Assembly: GCA_021772875.1 (NCBI GenBank)
Contig: JAJFLD010000039.1
Coordinates: 1 to 40,356 of the forward strand
Length of the DNA stretch: 40,356 nucleotides
Direction: 5' to 3'
Source of the DNA: Ghiorsea sp.
GTDB lineage: Bacteria > Pseudomonadota > Zetaproteobacteria > Mariprofundales > Mariprofundaceae
The position numbers and the translations under genes were made by a program. Position 1 is the first letter of the stretch, and the number at the start of each line of letters is the position of its first letter. The notes under the pieces were generated by a model. That model saw only the letters and a list, made by a program, of their open reading frames with translations, had not been told where the DNA came from and ran no database searches. Positions 38,067 to 40,356 of this stretch are shown here, piece after piece.

Positions 38067-38411
38067 TTCTTTTCCCGGTGCACATAATTTGCTAAGTTCT
38101 AGATTAAGATTATTGGAGCTATTAGCTTTTAACTATTCGCCACAATCTCCTGTGTAACGTTCATTTCAGGTGAGTCTAGGTTATTGATGTGTCATTCAAC
38201 GCGTTTTCTTGCATGTCTATGATTTATCTCCGCGGCATTTATTTCAGGAAGAAGTTTTGCAGTTGTTAGCAACTATTACCCAGAACGAATTTTAGCATAG
38301 AGTTATTCAAAAAATAATTAACTAAAGTTAGGGAACCTATGAACAACCCTTGATTTTCACATCAAAAAGCAACAAATTTTTAAAACAGAACATTTTAGTT
38401 CGGAAAAACAC

Positions 38412-38972
38412 TGGCAAGCCGCTAGTAATTTAGACAGTTGAGCTCCTGATAATATTTATTTTCATACCTTATAGGTGAGAAATCCATTGTTGTTTCCATG
38501 ATGCCGCACTGGATTGTAAACAGCGTAATAAAATTTAAGATATCTGAGCGTGTTTCCTCCCTCCTTGTTTTGCACATCTTTTTCTTTAATACGCTCAGTT
38601 TTAAGTAATGAGAAAAAGATTTCAGTAACAGTATTGTATCACAGGTAGGCTATGCACTCATGACCATTGGCTCGGCGATGCATGCTTGCTCGTTTTCAAG
38701 CTGACGATTTAGAGTGTTTTGAGCAACATGGCTTACTCCGCCTCCTTTAAACTCAGGGTGTTTCTTGTACCCTCGTTGAGAATCAAGACCTGCTTCTTTC
38801 ATGATTCGATAAACGCGATTCTTGCCACAATGTTCACCCTGGTCTTTTAAGTCGCGTGTAATATTCCTAAACCATATGCAAAACCACTCGCCATCCAAAA
38901 CTGTTTAACCTGCTGTAAAAGACGAACATCTTCTTTGGCCATCGTACTTAGTGGTTGCTTGAGCCATGCATA
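38412..38972 (-). pseudogene. IS3-family transposase (OrfB) remnant with probable right inverted repeat
   Basis: Frameshifted fragments YAWLKQPLS...EDVRLL, RNITRDL...CGKNRVYRIMKEAGL...NTLNRQ, VTEIFFSLLKTERIK, YNPVRHHGNNNG. Most of the DDE core and OrfA are missing. End TGGCAAGCCGCTAGTAATTTAGACA at 38412-38436. Confidence 0.88.
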
Positions 38973-39240
38973 ACAAGCATTGCATAATGGTATGGGGGTG
39001 TAGGCTCACATAACTTGTATTATCTATCACAGCGAGTTTCTTACTCTCGATAGAGTGACTCCTGTGATTAAGGTGCCGTGTTTTGTTTGGTACATTTGTA
39101 GCTGTTTTATGTTTCGGAAACTGGCAGCGAACATCCTAGTTGATAGATAAACTGGAGACAGCGGTTGAGCAATGAAAGATAAAAAGGTACAAAGAGCAAT
39201 ATGAAAATATTTAGATTGATGTGTTTGGCGTAAGCGTTTA

Positions 39241-39888
39241 ATGCCAAATTTTTCAGCAACAGAACGTGAGACCTTGTACCGTGTGATTCATGCGCGGCGT
39301 GATATGCGCCATTTTTCTGGCGGACAAGTAGCCGATGATGTTTTAGCGCGCATATTAGAAGCTGCACATGCGGCACCTTCAGTGGGTTATATGCAGCCTT
39401 GGCGGTTTGTCAGGATTACCAAACCTGAGTTGCGGGCGCAATTGTTAACGCTGGTTGAAGAAGAAAAACAGCGCACATCTGAAGCTTTGGATAAACGGAA
39501 AGCTGAATTTATGCGTTTAAAAGTAGAAGGCATTCAAGACTGTGCGGAATTGCTTGCTGTGGTGTTGGCACCTGATGATGGCACAGTTTTTGGTAGGCGC
39601 ACCATGGCAGAAGAAATGGCATTGTGTTCTGTTTCTTGTGCCATTGAGAACATGTGGCTGGCAGCAAGGGCTGAGAATTTGGGCATGGGTTGGGTTTCAT
39701 TTTTTGAGCCTGCTGATGTAGCAGATTTATTAGCTTGTCCTACTGGTGCCAAACCTATTGCGCTGCTCTGCCTTGGGCCAGTGACAGATTTTTACGATAA
39801 ACCGATGTTAGAAACAGCAGGCTGGCGTGAGCGTGAAATGTTAGATGTCGTGTTGGCAGAAAATCAGTACCCTTCGTCGCAAAAATAA
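39241..39888 (+). CDS. bluB: 5,6-dimethylbenzimidazole synthase
   Basis: ERETLYRVIHARRDMRHF, AAHAAPSVGYMQPWRF, LKVEGI, NMWLAARAENLGMGWVS. Confidence 0.93.
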   Translation: MPNFSATERETLYRVIHARRDMRHFSGGQVADDVLARILEAAHAAPSVGYMQPWRFVRITKPELRAQLLTLVEEEKQRTSEALDKRKAEFMRLKVEGIQDCAELLAVVLAPDDGTVFGRRTMAEEMALCSVSCAIENMWLAARAENLGMGWVSFFEPADVADLLACPTGAKPIALLCLGPVTDFYDKPMLETAGWREREMLDVVLAENQYPSSQK

Positions 39889-40019
39889 GAACAAGAGCAA
39901 TAAAAATTAAAAATCATCACTTGCCGATGACAACTTGGCACGTGTCGCTTGGGCGTATATGGTAGAGAAATGGCATTAAATATGCTGTTTTTTTGTGACC
40001 ATTACACAGTGCTAAACAG

Positions 40020-40356
40020 ATGTTGAAAAGTAAGGAGCTCACAATAACACATATCGCTACTGAACCTTCTATACAAGTCACGTCTAAACATGCGACTTTA
40101 GAGGCACGCATTCTCTTAGAGCAATTAAAGTTTCTTTATCCATCTTCGTTGCGAGGCGTGATGTTGTATGGTGTTGCTGGGCTTGCTTTGGTATATATGC
40201 AGTGGTTGCATATTGATCATAAGGTACTTGTTGCGTGGTTTTCTGCCATGTTATGTGTCGTGGTTTTTCGGATTTTATTATTAAAAGCTTTCCAGAAAAG
40301 AGAGGCAACTTGGCAACAGGCAGGATATTGGCGCAATTTATTTCTTTTAGGCGTGA
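40020..40356 (+). CDS. Multi-TM N-terminus typical of membrane sensor histidine kinases or diguanylate cyclases; runs off the window
   Basis: Own translation, open to the end: ...ARILLEQLKFLY...VMLYGVAGLALVYMQW...LVAWFSAMLCVVVFRILLL...YWRNLFLLGV; start uncertain. Confidence 0.7.
   Translation, partial: MLKSKELTITHIATEPSIQVTSKHATLEARILLEQLKFLYPSSLRGVMLYGVAGLALVYMQWLHIDHKVLVAWFSAMLCVVVFRILLLKAFQKREATWQQAGYWRNLFLLGV

Larger units (their letters stand above)
34744..39060. mobile_element. Small tRNA-Met-associated genomic island or variable locus, no integrase seen; right edge approximate
   Basis: Begins right after the tRNA terminator; visibly AT-richer with atypical codons; carries a defence-type gene, long direct repeats and an IS remnant. 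Confidence 0.7.

Noticed and set aside
38331-38350. GGAACCTATGAACAAC as a possible second IS terminal repeat
   Set aside because: No partner repeat or matching transposase fragment was found.
38650-38898. 82-aa ORF as a standalone gene
   Set aside because: It is one reading-frame fragment of the decayed IS3 transposase.
38975-39240. Cobalamin riboswitch upstream of bluB
   Set aside because: No B12-box or GGGAA...GCCACTG core visible.
40032-40046. AAGGAG followed by in-frame ATA, a possible mutated start of the last gene
   Set aside because: An in-frame ATG exists at 40020; cannot be resolved without homologues.

Overview
Replication-origin region of an AT-rich proteobacterial chromosome. 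The gene content (standalone phosphoribulokinase, large NAD-GDH, ubiA/ubiX/ubiK, lpt/kds, propeptide-type PurF) suggests a chemolithoautotroph, possibly Zetaproteobacteria; this is inference only. Left arm (minus strand): dnaA-[oriC]-dnaN-prk-mnmG-rsmG-parA-parB-M23 peptidase-kdsD-kdsC-lptCAB-ubiX-ubiK-[yefM-yoeB]-comM-SDR-patatin, with two perfect parS palindromes and a near-perfect third. oriC lies between dnaA and dnaN and has DnaA boxes, a Bacillus-like unwinding module and a 25-bp tandem repeat that includes the dnaA stop codon. Right arm: pyrK-like, metK, an SAH riboswitch, ahcY, an EF-hand protein, a minus-strand block (GT2, Nudix, nagZ, radA, cvpA, purF, dgkA, ubiA, HExxH lipoprotein, hemC, rdgB), NAD-GDH and tRNA-Met(CAT). 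Downstream of the tRNA is an AT-rich island of about 4.3 kb with no visible integrase. It holds a DUF262-DUF1524 (GmrSD-like) nuclease plus a 75-aa partner inside diverged ~150-bp direct repeats, a 259-aa unknown and an IS3 remnant. bluB and a truncated membrane sensor gene follow. The best candidate for an undescribed system is the two-gene nuclease cassette and its repeat-bounded architecture.
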